Part shown: in pieces, positions 1-7,820 of the stretch
Layout: each line of letters begins with the position of its first letter
Numbering within the stretch: position 1 is the stretch's first letter
From: Bacteroidota bacterium
Lineage (GTDB): Bacteria > Bacteroidota > Bacteroidia > Bacteroidales > PUMT01
Direction of reading: 5' to 3'
NCBI GenBank assembly: GCA_003556985.1
Contig: PWPZ01000025.1
Span: 1-28,953 of the forward strand
Length of the DNA: 28,953 nucleotides
Translations under genes and position numbers: made by a program
The notes under the pieces: model-generated
What the model saw: the letters and a program-made list of their open reading frames with translations, nothing else
Told to the model about the DNA's origin: nothing
Database searches by the model: none

Positions 1-2
1 AC

Positions 3-1172
3 TGGAACGGAAAGGATTTTTCAATCATAGATACCGGAGGGTACATTACCAGTTCAGATGATGTTTTTGAGGGCGAGATCCGTCGGCAGGTGATACTTGC
101 TATAGAAGAGGCCGATTCGGTTCTGTTTGTGGTTGATGTTATGAGCGGAATAACCGATCTGGATGAAAAAATTGCTGCCCTGCTGAGAAAAAGCCAAAAA
201 AGATCAATGGTGGTTGTGAATAAGGTTGACAATTCGGAAAGATATTTTGAAGCCAGCGTTTTTTACGGACTCGGACTTGGGGAAATATATACTGTTTCCG
301 CCATTAACGGATCGGGAACAGGGGAGCTGCTGGATGATCTGGTACGAGAAATACCTGTTCCGGAGGAATCCGGTGCCGATATTGATATTCCGAAATTTGC
401 CGTGGTGGGAAGGCCTAACGTGGGCAAGTCATCCCTTGCAAATGCCTTGCTGGGTGAGGAACGTAACATTGTAACGCCCATTGCCGGCACTACCAGGGAC
501 TCCATCCATACCCACTATAAGAAGTTCGGCAATGAATTCCTGCTTATAGATACGGCAGGATTGCGTAAAAAGGGTAAAGCGATGGAGAATGTCGAATTCT
601 ATTCAATTATGAGGTCGGTCAGAGCCATTGAGTATTCTGACGTGTGCCTTGTAATGATTGATGCAACCCGGGGCGTTGAGGGGCAGGATGTAAATATTTT
701 CAATCTTGCTGTGAGAAACAAGAAGGGAGTTGTGATTCTGGTGAATAAATGGGATCTTGTTGAGAAAGAGACCGGCTCGGTGAAAGAGTTTGAACGGGCT
801 ATTAAAGAGAGAATAGCACCGTTTGAGGATGTGCCTGTAATATTTGTCTCGGCAATTACAAAGCAGCGCATACATAAAGCCCTGGAAACTGCGGTTGAAG
901 TGTACAAACGACGTAAACAGAAGATTACCACTTCCCGGCTTAACGAGATTATCAGGGAGGCTGTCGACAAGTTCCATCCGCCCGCCGTTAAAGGAAAATA
1001 CATCAAGATAAACTATGTTACCCAGTTGCCGGTCCCTACACCTGCATTTGCTTTTTTCTGCAATCTTCCCCAGTATATAAGAGATCCATACAAAAGATAT
1101 CTGGAGAACAGGTTAAGGGAAAACTTCAACTTTACGGGCGTTCCGCTGGAGCTGTTTTTCCGGAAAAAGTAA
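3..1172 (+). CDS. der: Ribosome biogenesis GTPase Der/EngA (5'-truncated by window edge)
   Basis: The frame is open from base 3 (WNGKDFSIIDTGG = G3 of GTPase domain 1). NKVD is G4. The second GTPase domain has GRPNVGKSS, DTAG and NKWD, followed by a C-terminal KH-like domain ending PLELFFRKK. The ORF-track GTG at 90 is internal. Confidence 0.97.
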   Translation, partial: WNGKDFSIIDTGGYITSSDDVFEGEIRRQVILAIEEADSVLFVVDVMSGITDLDEKIAALLRKSQKRSMVVVNKVDNSERYFEASVFYGLGLGEIYTVSAINGSGTGELLDDLVREIPVPEESGADIDIPKFAVVGRPNVGKSSLANALLGEERNIVTPIAGTTRDSIHTHYKKFGNEFLLIDTAGLRKKGKAMENVEFYSIMRSVRAIEYSDVCLVMIDATRGVEGQDVNIFNLAVRNKKGVVILVNKWDLVEKETGSVKEFERAIKERIAPFEDVPVIFVSAITKQRIHKALETAVEVYKRRKQKITTSRLNEIIREAVDKFHPPAVKGKYIKINYVTQLPVPTPAFAFFCNLPQYIRDPYKRYLENRLRENFNFTGVPLELFFRKK

Positions 1173-1182
1173 TACCCAAATG

Positions 1183-4100
1183 TTAAACCTGGATCCCCAT
1201 GAACAGAACATCGTCTACCTGCTCGTGGTCTCCTTTCCAGAGGTTAAAGTTATTGCTTACATGTTCATATTGCTCTTGCATTGGCCGGGTGCAGATATCG
1301 GTCAGCAAATTTTTAAGCCGGACCATCTTGAATTTCTTGCCCAGCGGTCCCCCGAACTGATCAGGATAGCCGTCTGAGAACAGGTAAATGATGTCGCCGG
1401 GCTGCAGCTGATAAGCCCTGTTCTCAAAAGCTTTTTCATGGGTGGCATACCCCCCGATCGAATTACGGCTTCCTCTTATGTACAGGAGCTCGTTTTTGTG
1501 GTGCATCATTATAGGGCGCATTGCCGAGGCAAACCGGAGATATCTCTTTTTGATATCGAATTCGCAGACTGTAATATCCATGCCATCGGTCGATTTATTG
1601 GAAGAGTCGACATTCTGGTTCAGGGTACTTGTGATTTCCCTGTCGAGGGTTTCAAGAACTTCCGAGGGCGAGTTTATATCGGGCCGCATGCAGATATCCT
1701 TGATCAGCGTGGTGCCGATCATCGACATGAATGCCCCGGGAACACCATGTCCGGTAGAATCGGCACATACGATAAGGAATTTGGATTCATTCACCCGGTC
1801 AAACCAGTAGAAATCTCCGCTCACAATATCTCTTGGCTGATAAAATACAAAAGACTCGGCAAAATTTTCCCGGATCCTGGTAACAGGAGGCAATATGCTT
1901 ACCTGTATTCTCTGGGCATAATTTATACTGTCGGTTATGTCTCTGTTTTTATGCTCTATTTCACGCTTTTGTTCGATTACTTCTTTGGTCCTTATGGCCA
2001 GCTCCCTTTCGATGCGTTCCTTTTCCATTCTCAGGTTTCTTTCCCTTATCTTGAAGGTAAGAAAAAGTATCAGTCCTGCTGCCGCTACTACTGCAAGGTA
2101 GAAATACCATTTTCTCCAGATGGGAGTGTCGACTGAAATGGATAGTGAAGCAGGCGATTCGCTAACCACTCCTTCTGCATTGTAGGCGCGGACAAGGAAT
2201 TCGAAATCGCCGTAGTCGATCCTGGAGTAATAGGCGAACCTCTGATCTGAAATATCCGACCAGTCAAGGTCGTACCCCTCAAGTTTATACTGGTACCTGA
2301 CTTTCTCGGGCGCCGAATAGCTGAGGCCAGTAAATTCGATCCGGAGCTTGTAGCTTCCGTAAGGGAGTGTCACATTACCTGTAAAATCGTGTTCCTCATC
2401 CGATATCAGCAGGGAGGTGATGTTGATTAACGGCGGATGATGACTGCTTTTTGCCATCGAAGGGTCATATGACACCAGTCCCCCGCCGGTACCAAAAAGC
2501 AGGGTGCCGTCATGTGTTATGTGAGTCGCATTGGGATTAAAATCCCCTCTGATGCCGCTTTCTGTTCCATAGGTCCGTACGGAAAAGTTTTCCGGGTTCA
2601 CCCTGCTGACCCCAAGCTTATGTCCCACCCAGATATTCCCCTCGTTATCGGTTAGCAGACTGTAACAGAAATTTGAATGGAGTCCGTCTTCGGTTGTAAT
2701 CTGGACAATACTGTCGGCTGTTGCCATGAGAATTCCGTTGCCGCTTGTTGTTGCCATCCACAGCCGGCCAATATTATCGTGCGTTATTGCCGAAAATTCA
2801 AGCTCGGTCTGGGCTATTCTTATATCGCGTGTATTCCTTATGTCTACAAGCCTGTTGCTTCTGGTGGCAACCCAGGTTATTCCGTTCTGATCGGTATGGA
2901 TGCCCCGGATATAATTATGCGGAAGTCCTTCATTGGTGCTATATCTATTACTCTCACCTGTTTCGGGGTTGAACTCAAAAACACCACCGTTTGTTGCCGC
3001 CATTAGAAAACCGTCGCTGCAGATAAGATCATTTATTGAGTTCTCCGTCGAATTGGCCGAAACATGAAAGGCTTCTGCCCTCTGGCTCCCCTTCTCCAGT
3101 CTGTAGATGCCACTGGTCCCCGTTCCGATCCATAGATCCCCCCGGCTGCATGCTGCAAGCGAGGTTACCCTGTCAAACGGGAGTCCACGCTGAGTGCCGA
3201 AAAACAAGGTATTGGTCTTATCATTGAGCGAAATCCTTAGCAAACCGCTTTCGCCTCCCAGCCAGATAAAACTTTCATCTGAAAAGACGGCAAACACATT
3301 TCTGCCGAAAGGCTCATCGAACGACCTGTAAAAGCTGAAGGACTCGTCAGAAAGGATGGAAAGTCCGTTAAAAGTGTAAAACCAGTAATTCCTTTCAATA
3401 TCCTGGTATACACCGTGAACGAAATTAGCAGCCAGACCGTTGGCCATTGAAAAGTTTTGTATATTCCCGGAATAATCCTGCCTGAAAAAACCAGTGATCT
3501 TGTAAACCCCGCGCCCCCAGGTGCTTACCCAGAGATTTTCCTGGTGGTCCAGCAAAACCGATTGCACTCTGGCATTCCCGAACCCGTATCTTGCTCCTTC
3601 GTTGGTAACCGTATATTGCCCGTCAGTGCCAGGAACCAGATAAAAAAGTCCCCTGTCCCTTGTTCCCACGAAAATCCCCTTATCGCCGAATGTATTAATA
3701 CTTTCAATGGTGGTTGCAGGAACACCGGGGATTTGTTCTATTAATTCGGGTTCCCTTCCCGTGCCCCATGTTAATCTGTAGAGTCCGTCAAATGAGCCGG
3801 CAAGAAGTTCATTTTCATTCGCAAGCGCGATGGAGGTTATGGGAATTGAACCCAGGCTCTCCATGTAATGAGAAAGGTTCAGGTCTCTGTCGGCTACAAG
3901 TATTCCGTGTTGCTGGGAGGCGATGATTATATTCCCTTTAGAATCTTCTGCCATTCCGGTGATCCTGGTTGCAATGCCTTTGTTGTCTATAACCCTTATT
4001 CTGTTGTTTTCAAGAAGCGATATACTGCCGTTGTTATGTCCGAACCAGATCCTTCCCCTGGAATCATGGAGACTGATATTCACAAAATCGGAGGGCAGCG

Positions 4101-4335
4101 AATCTCCGGTCGGATTGGTTTCAAACTGAAAGCCGTTGAACCGGGCAAGGTCAGTTCCCGTTCCGATCCATATAAATCCTGATGCATCCTGGTTAACGGT
4201 ATATATGTAGCCGTGAGGGACACCCTCTTCTATGCCGTAGTTGCGAAACGGGTATTGCTGCGATTGTAATGATAATGCTGTCAGAATTATGAAAAAAGCA
4301 AAAATGCTTGTTGTCCTGGCTAATAGTCGGGGCAT
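1183..4335 (-). CDS. Membrane sensor phosphatase: signal peptide + two-component-regulator beta-propeller repeats + Y_Y_Y domain + TM + coiled coil + PP2C/SpoIIE phosphatase
   Basis: Repeated 'D..G.IW.GT..G' propeller motifs, Y_Y_Y (RYQYKLEGYDLDW...YSRIDYGDFEFLVRAYN) and TM WYFYLAVVAAAGLILFLTF. PP2C motifs are VSGDFYW, CADSTGHGVPGA, DGMD, FSDGYPDQ and QVDDV. I placed the start at ATG 4335 (MPRLLARTTSIFAFFIILTALSLQSQ = signal peptide) because the track start 4407 overlaps the upstream gene. Confidence 0.9.
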   Translation of the reverse strand: MPRLLARTTSIFAFFIILTALSLQSQQYPFRNYGIEEGVPHGYIYTVNQDASGFIWIGTGTDLARFNGFQFETNPTGDSLPSDFVNISLHDSRGRIWFGHNNGSISLLENNRIRVIDNKGIATRITGMAEDSKGNIIIASQQHGILVADRDLNLSHYMESLGSIPITSIALANENELLAGSFDGLYRLTWGTGREPELIEQIPGVPATTIESINTFGDKGIFVGTRDRGLFYLVPGTDGQYTVTNEGARYGFGNARVQSVLLDHQENLWVSTWGRGVYKITGFFRQDYSGNIQNFSMANGLAANFVHGVYQDIERNYWFYTFNGLSILSDESFSFYRSFDEPFGRNVFAVFSDESFIWLGGESGLLRISLNDKTNTLFFGTQRGLPFDRVTSLAACSRGDLWIGTGTSGIYRLEKGSQRAEAFHVSANSTENSINDLICSDGFLMAATNGGVFEFNPETGESNRYSTNEGLPHNYIRGIHTDQNGITWVATRSNRLVDIRNTRDIRIAQTELEFSAITHDNIGRLWMATTSGNGILMATADSIVQITTEDGLHSNFCYSLLTDNEGNIWVGHKLGVSRVNPENFSVRTYGTESGIRGDFNPNATHITHDGTLLFGTGGGLVSYDPSMAKSSHHPPLINITSLLISDEEHDFTGNVTLPYGSYKLRIEFTGLSYSAPEKVRYQYKLEGYDLDWSDISDQRFAYYSRIDYGDFEFLVRAYNAEGVVSESPASLSISVDTPIWRKWYFYLAVVAAAGLILFLTFKIRERNLRMEKERIERELAIRTKEVIEQKREIEHKNRDITDSINYAQRIQVSILPPVTRIRENFAESFVFYQPRDIVSGDFYWFDRVNESKFLIVCADSTGHGVPGAFMSMIGTTLIKDICMRPDINSPSEVLETLDREITSTLNQNVDSSNKSTDGMDITVCEFDIKKRYLRFASAMRPIMMHHKNELLYIRGSRNSIGGYATHEKAFENRAYQLQPGDIIYLFSDGYPDQFGGPLGKKFKMVRLKNLLTDICTRPMQEQYEHVSNNFNLWKGDHEQVDDVLFMGIQV

Positions 4336-4360
4336 TGTTTTATCTGGATTTACGGTATAT

Positions 4361-5332
4361 TCAATTTCTTGGCCTGACGCCGATACTGTACTGGTACTGG
4401 GGCACACCTCCTATAGGTATAACGTAGAATGGCATGGTCTCGTCGTACTGGTTGCGTATATTGATCACCACGTTATTGTTCCTGATAACCGGACTGGCCT
4501 GTTTGTGGAACTGGATGTGCAGGGAAGTATTGTGTTCTTCGGGAAATATTGCGAACTCATCTTCTTCCCAGTCATCATCGCCTGAAACGGTAAGCAGCTG
4601 GCCCTGCCTGGCAACCGACACAAGTCTTATGATACCGTCATAATCCCAGTCGAAATTCGATATTTTCACCGAAACGGTATGTTCGTCGATGTATGGATAA
4701 ATGCTCGACACCTGCCGGGGATCGTCCCATAACCTGAACGTATATTCATAGGCAAAGGCGTTGCCTCCCTCCACGGCGATATTCTGATCGGGCTCGGTGC
4801 TGAGAAAATAGCGGTAGAGATTGCCGTCATTGCCCTCTATTCCTTCTGCAATGATCTTGAACACGTAGCCACCCAGGTGCTCCTGGAGCTCGCCTTCGGT
4901 GGGACTGAACGGACCGAAGGTGTACCATTTGTTGTCCCATTCCGGTTCATTGCCGAAAGTGCGGGATGCCAGGAGGTTGCCGCTACGGTAATTTCCTACA
5001 GGATCAACTTCCCGTGCATCGGGATCAGAATGGGCGCCCTTGCCGCCATATACCGAGAAATTTGTTTTACTATTCCAGTACCCGTTAATCTCATCGATTT
5101 CGCCCCCGGTGTCAGGGTCAAAAACCCTTATGTATACGGGTTGTGTATGCGACTCGGGAACCAGGAAAAAGAAAGCCTGGCTGAAATCGTCGTCTCCCCA
5201 TGATGTGCAGGCGTCGGGGCCGAAGGTTACCAGAAAGGGAATATTTTCATCTTCGGCAGGCACCGGCTGGGAGAATCCGTTGAAAAAAAAACAGGTAAGC
5301 ACCAGTATAAATAATAAATGCAATTTTTTCAT
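4361..5332 (-). CDS. Secreted/periplasmic protein of unknown function (323 aa, acidic, beta-rich)
   Basis: Sec signal peptide MKKLHLLFILVLTCFFFNGFS/Q, protein-like composition, co-oriented with neighbours and 25 bp upstream of the phosphatase start. I recognised no catalytic motif or T9SS CTD. Confidence 0.85.
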   Translation of the reverse strand: MKKLHLLFILVLTCFFFNGFSQPVPAEDENIPFLVTFGPDACTSWGDDDFSQAFFFLVPESHTQPVYIRVFDPDTGGEIDEINGYWNSKTNFSVYGGKGAHSDPDAREVDPVGNYRSGNLLASRTFGNEPEWDNKWYTFGPFSPTEGELQEHLGGYVFKIIAEGIEGNDGNLYRYFLSTEPDQNIAVEGGNAFAYEYTFRLWDDPRQVSSIYPYIDEHTVSVKISNFDWDYDGIIRLVSVARQGQLLTVSGDDDWEEDEFAIFPEEHNTSLHIQFHKQASPVIRNNNVVINIRNQYDETMPFYVIPIGGVPQYQYSIGVRPRN

Positions 5333-5477
5333 AAAAGTAATTACTAAATACAGGTTTTGTATACGGAAAAAAGTACAAAACAGTTTCTTTTTTTGATTAA
5401 TCCATCAAAATAACCGGCGGATGAAAGCAGGCGCTTGATGTAATGAATTTATGTCATCAAGAATGCCCGGGAATAGG

Positions 5478-6896
5478 TTAATCAGGGACATCTTCATCTT
5501 CTGTGACAACAATAAATTTATACACGCAGGCTTTCTGCTGATCCGTCGGGGAACTAATGACGGGAAGCACTCCCAGTCTTACCTGGTATATACCGGGCGA
5601 AGAATAATAATGACTGATTGTTTCGCCCTCGTATTGTACTCCGTCGCCGGTTTCCCAGAAATAATCCCCTCCCTCAAAATTAGGCAGGTAGGTTTCTGAA
5701 GCATCGAATACTACAGCATTACCGGCTTTAACAGTATCGGGGGAGGTTATATAGGGCTGTTCGATCCTATCGATCGTAAAGGGAAACCAGGCAACATTGT
5801 ATTGCATTTCACCGGTAACCATGTCAATCACATCCAGGCGCACCGTGTAATTACCTGTGCCTTCAAAGCAGTGGTCCGCTTCAAGTCCCCTGATGCGGGT
5901 GCCATCTCCCATATCCCATTCGAAATAGAGAAGGGTGGTATCAATTTCGGCAGCACTTTCTTCGAAAAAGACATAGCATAAAACAGGATCTCTTATGCTG
6001 TCACATTCTGCAAACACCGGAAAGGTTGACCGGAAAGAATAAATATTATCGGTTCCTTCCCTGCCGGAGGAAAAATAGCCCGTTTTCAGATCCCGGTCGG
6101 CTATGAAGCCAAAGTCATCTGACTCCGATATCAGGGGCTCGGGGAGCCTTACAGGTCGCCTCCATTCATCGTCACTTTTTTTGCTGTAATGAAGATCAAG
6201 GCTTCCGTTAGTACTGTTGCGGGAAGAGAAATACAGCCGTCCGCCGGGATGAATATAGGGAAAAACCTCATCTAATTCTGAGTTTACCGTTGGTCCGAGG
6301 TTTTCCGGCTGAGACCAGTCCGATCCGTCGTAACGGGAAACATACAGATCCATACCCCCGTATCCGCCTGGCATATCACTTGCAAAATAAAGCACTTTTC
6401 CGTCTTCACTGATACTGGGGTGGGTAACATTATAATCATTGCCGTTATGAGGGAAAGGCCTTATATTGACCCATTCTCCGGAAGAGTTATCGGCAATGAA
6501 GATCCCCAGATTTGAAAGCTCATTTCGTTTGCCGGGGATGTTCCTTGTGAAAAATATGAGTGAACCGCCGGCTGAAAAGCTGACAGGTCCGTCGTGATAG
6601 TTGCTGCTTAGATTTTTGGAAAACATTCCGGGATTTCTCCAGTTGCCGGGCGACCTTTGATCGGTGTAATAGATATTGAACAGATTTTCCCCTTCAGTGG
6701 TCAGTCTTGATATGAGAAATCCCTCACTCTTGTTGGTGGTAAATACAATTCCCTGGTTATAATATGATGGTGCAAATTCATCATGGTTATTGCTTGTAAA
6801 AGGCAGCCGGCTTATTTCATAAAAACTTTCTCTCTGGGCAGGTAACCTGGAAAAGGTTATCAACAGCAATACCGGTATGAGATAAAATATTTTCAT
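5478..6896 (-). CDS. PD40 (WD40-like) beta-propeller protein with two C-terminal PKD domains; PorE-like propeller without OmpA domain
   Basis: Signal peptide, then five PD40-type blades (e.g. HPSISEDGKVLYFASDMPGGYGGMDLYVS; DDFGFIADRDLKTGYFSSGREGTDNIYSF). PKD signatures are FEWDMGDG...HCFEGTGNYTVRL and YFWETGDG...HYYSSPGIYQVRL. It starts 2 bp after the PorP-family stop. Confidence 0.85.
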   Translation of the reverse strand: MKIFYLIPVLLLITFSRLPAQRESFYEISRLPFTSNNHDEFAPSYYNQGIVFTTNKSEGFLISRLTTEGENLFNIYYTDQRSPGNWRNPGMFSKNLSSNYHDGPVSFSAGGSLIFFTRNIPGKRNELSNLGIFIADNSSGEWVNIRPFPHNGNDYNVTHPSISEDGKVLYFASDMPGGYGGMDLYVSRYDGSDWSQPENLGPTVNSELDEVFPYIHPGGRLYFSSRNSTNGSLDLHYSKKSDDEWRRPVRLPEPLISESDDFGFIADRDLKTGYFSSGREGTDNIYSFRSTFPVFAECDSIRDPVLCYVFFEESAAEIDTTLLYFEWDMGDGTRIRGLEADHCFEGTGNYTVRLDVIDMVTGEMQYNVAWFPFTIDRIEQPYITSPDTVKAGNAVVFDASETYLPNFEGGDYFWETGDGVQYEGETISHYYSSPGIYQVRLGVLPVISSPTDQQKACVYKFIVVTEDEDVPD

Positions 6897-6898
6897 TA

Positions 6899-7810
6899 TT
6901 AAAAGTATCGCGGATTTTCTGCATTCACCCTGTATATAAAATCGTATATCAGGACAATCTCGTGTGAGCCGTTATTGAATCTGTTGAGATGACCAACTGA
7001 ATGGTCGTATGTGTAACCTAATCTGAGCTGATCGCTTATCTGTAATTTTATGAGTCCGATAAAGGTGTTTTCCATTCGGTAGGATGCTCCCAGCCAGATC
7101 AGATCGCTCAGGATGACCGAAATGTTTGCGTCAATCTGAACGGGGTTAAGCGGACTGTATTTTAATAGCAAGCTTGGCTTGAACTTTACTGCTCCGCTCC
7201 CTGCCAGTAGTCCCCCGCTGACCAGGTAATTGTAATTATTCATGTTATGATATGAAACGGCGGTGCCGTTTTTTGTGCTGTCGCTGAGAAAAAAGGGTAC
7301 AGAGGCGCCCAGGAAATAACGGTTTGAATAATAGTAGGCACCAAAGCCAAAATTTGGCAGCATATCACTTGTGCCGGAACCGGAGAAAACAATATCACCG
7401 GGATCGTGGAGGGAGAGGCCACTCCAGTTGGCACTCCTGTTTATCCCACCCGCCTTGAGTCCAAGGGAAAGTTTTCCTTTTCCTACCTGCATCCGGTAAG
7501 CATAATTAATATAAAGGCTTGTGTTATTTCTTACATCAATCTTTTCATTGTGTAAAAAGACTCCCAGGGCAATTTTTTCATTATTCAGGGGCGTATGGGC
7601 GCTAAGTGTTTGGGAGACGGGTGCGCCGTCGAAGCCTACCCACTGATTCCTGTAGCCAAGGGTAATATTGAGAACGTCGCGGCTGCCTGCATAGGCAGGA
7701 TTAAGGGCAAGCCCATTCAGCATATACTGGCTGTAGACGGGAAAAAGGTGCTGTGAGCCGGCTTCGGCTGAAAACAGTGCCAATAACGATATTATCAGTA
7801 GTTTTCTCAA
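6899..7810 (-). CDS. PorP/SprF family type IX secretion system outer-membrane beta-barrel
   Basis: Family N-terminal signature YSQYMLNGLALNPAYAGSRD...YRNQWVGFDGAPVSQTLS, C-terminal GYTYD...GSHEI and terminal Phe. TTG start is needed to give the signal peptide. Confidence 0.93.
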   Translation of the reverse strand: MRKLLIISLLALFSAEAGSQHLFPVYSQYMLNGLALNPAYAGSRDVLNITLGYRNQWVGFDGAPVSQTLSAHTPLNNEKIALGVFLHNEKIDVRNNTSLYINYAYRMQVGKGKLSLGLKAGGINRSANWSGLSLHDPGDIVFSGSGTSDMLPNFGFGAYYYSNRYFLGASVPFFLSDSTKNGTAVSYHNMNNYNYLVSGGLLAGSGAVKFKPSLLLKYSPLNPVQIDANISVILSDLIWLGASYRMENTFIGLIKLQISDQLRLGYTYDHSVGHLNRFNNGSHEIVLIYDFIYRVNAENPRYF

Positions 7811-7820
7811 AATTTCCCGG

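Noticed and set aside
1438-2136. 232-aa plus-strand ORF, and the many other 60-212-aa ORFs antisense or out-of-frame within long genes (e.g. 10683-11321, 26523-26993, 27903-28457)
   Set aside because: They lie wholly or mostly opposite well-supported genes and show no recognisable motifs. They are best explained as shadow ORFs.
4336-4407. N-terminal extension of the phosphatase ORF overlapping the 323-aa gene (possible frameshift fusion)
   Set aside because: ATG 4335 gives a clean signal peptide, and I saw no slippery sequence or stimulatory structure.
5354-5391. GTTTTGTA/TACAAAAC inverted repeat followed by a plus-strand T tract
   Set aside because: The stem is AT-rich with a 12-nt loop, and the T tract faces the strand with no gene. 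It is not supportable as a terminator of the minus-strand operon.
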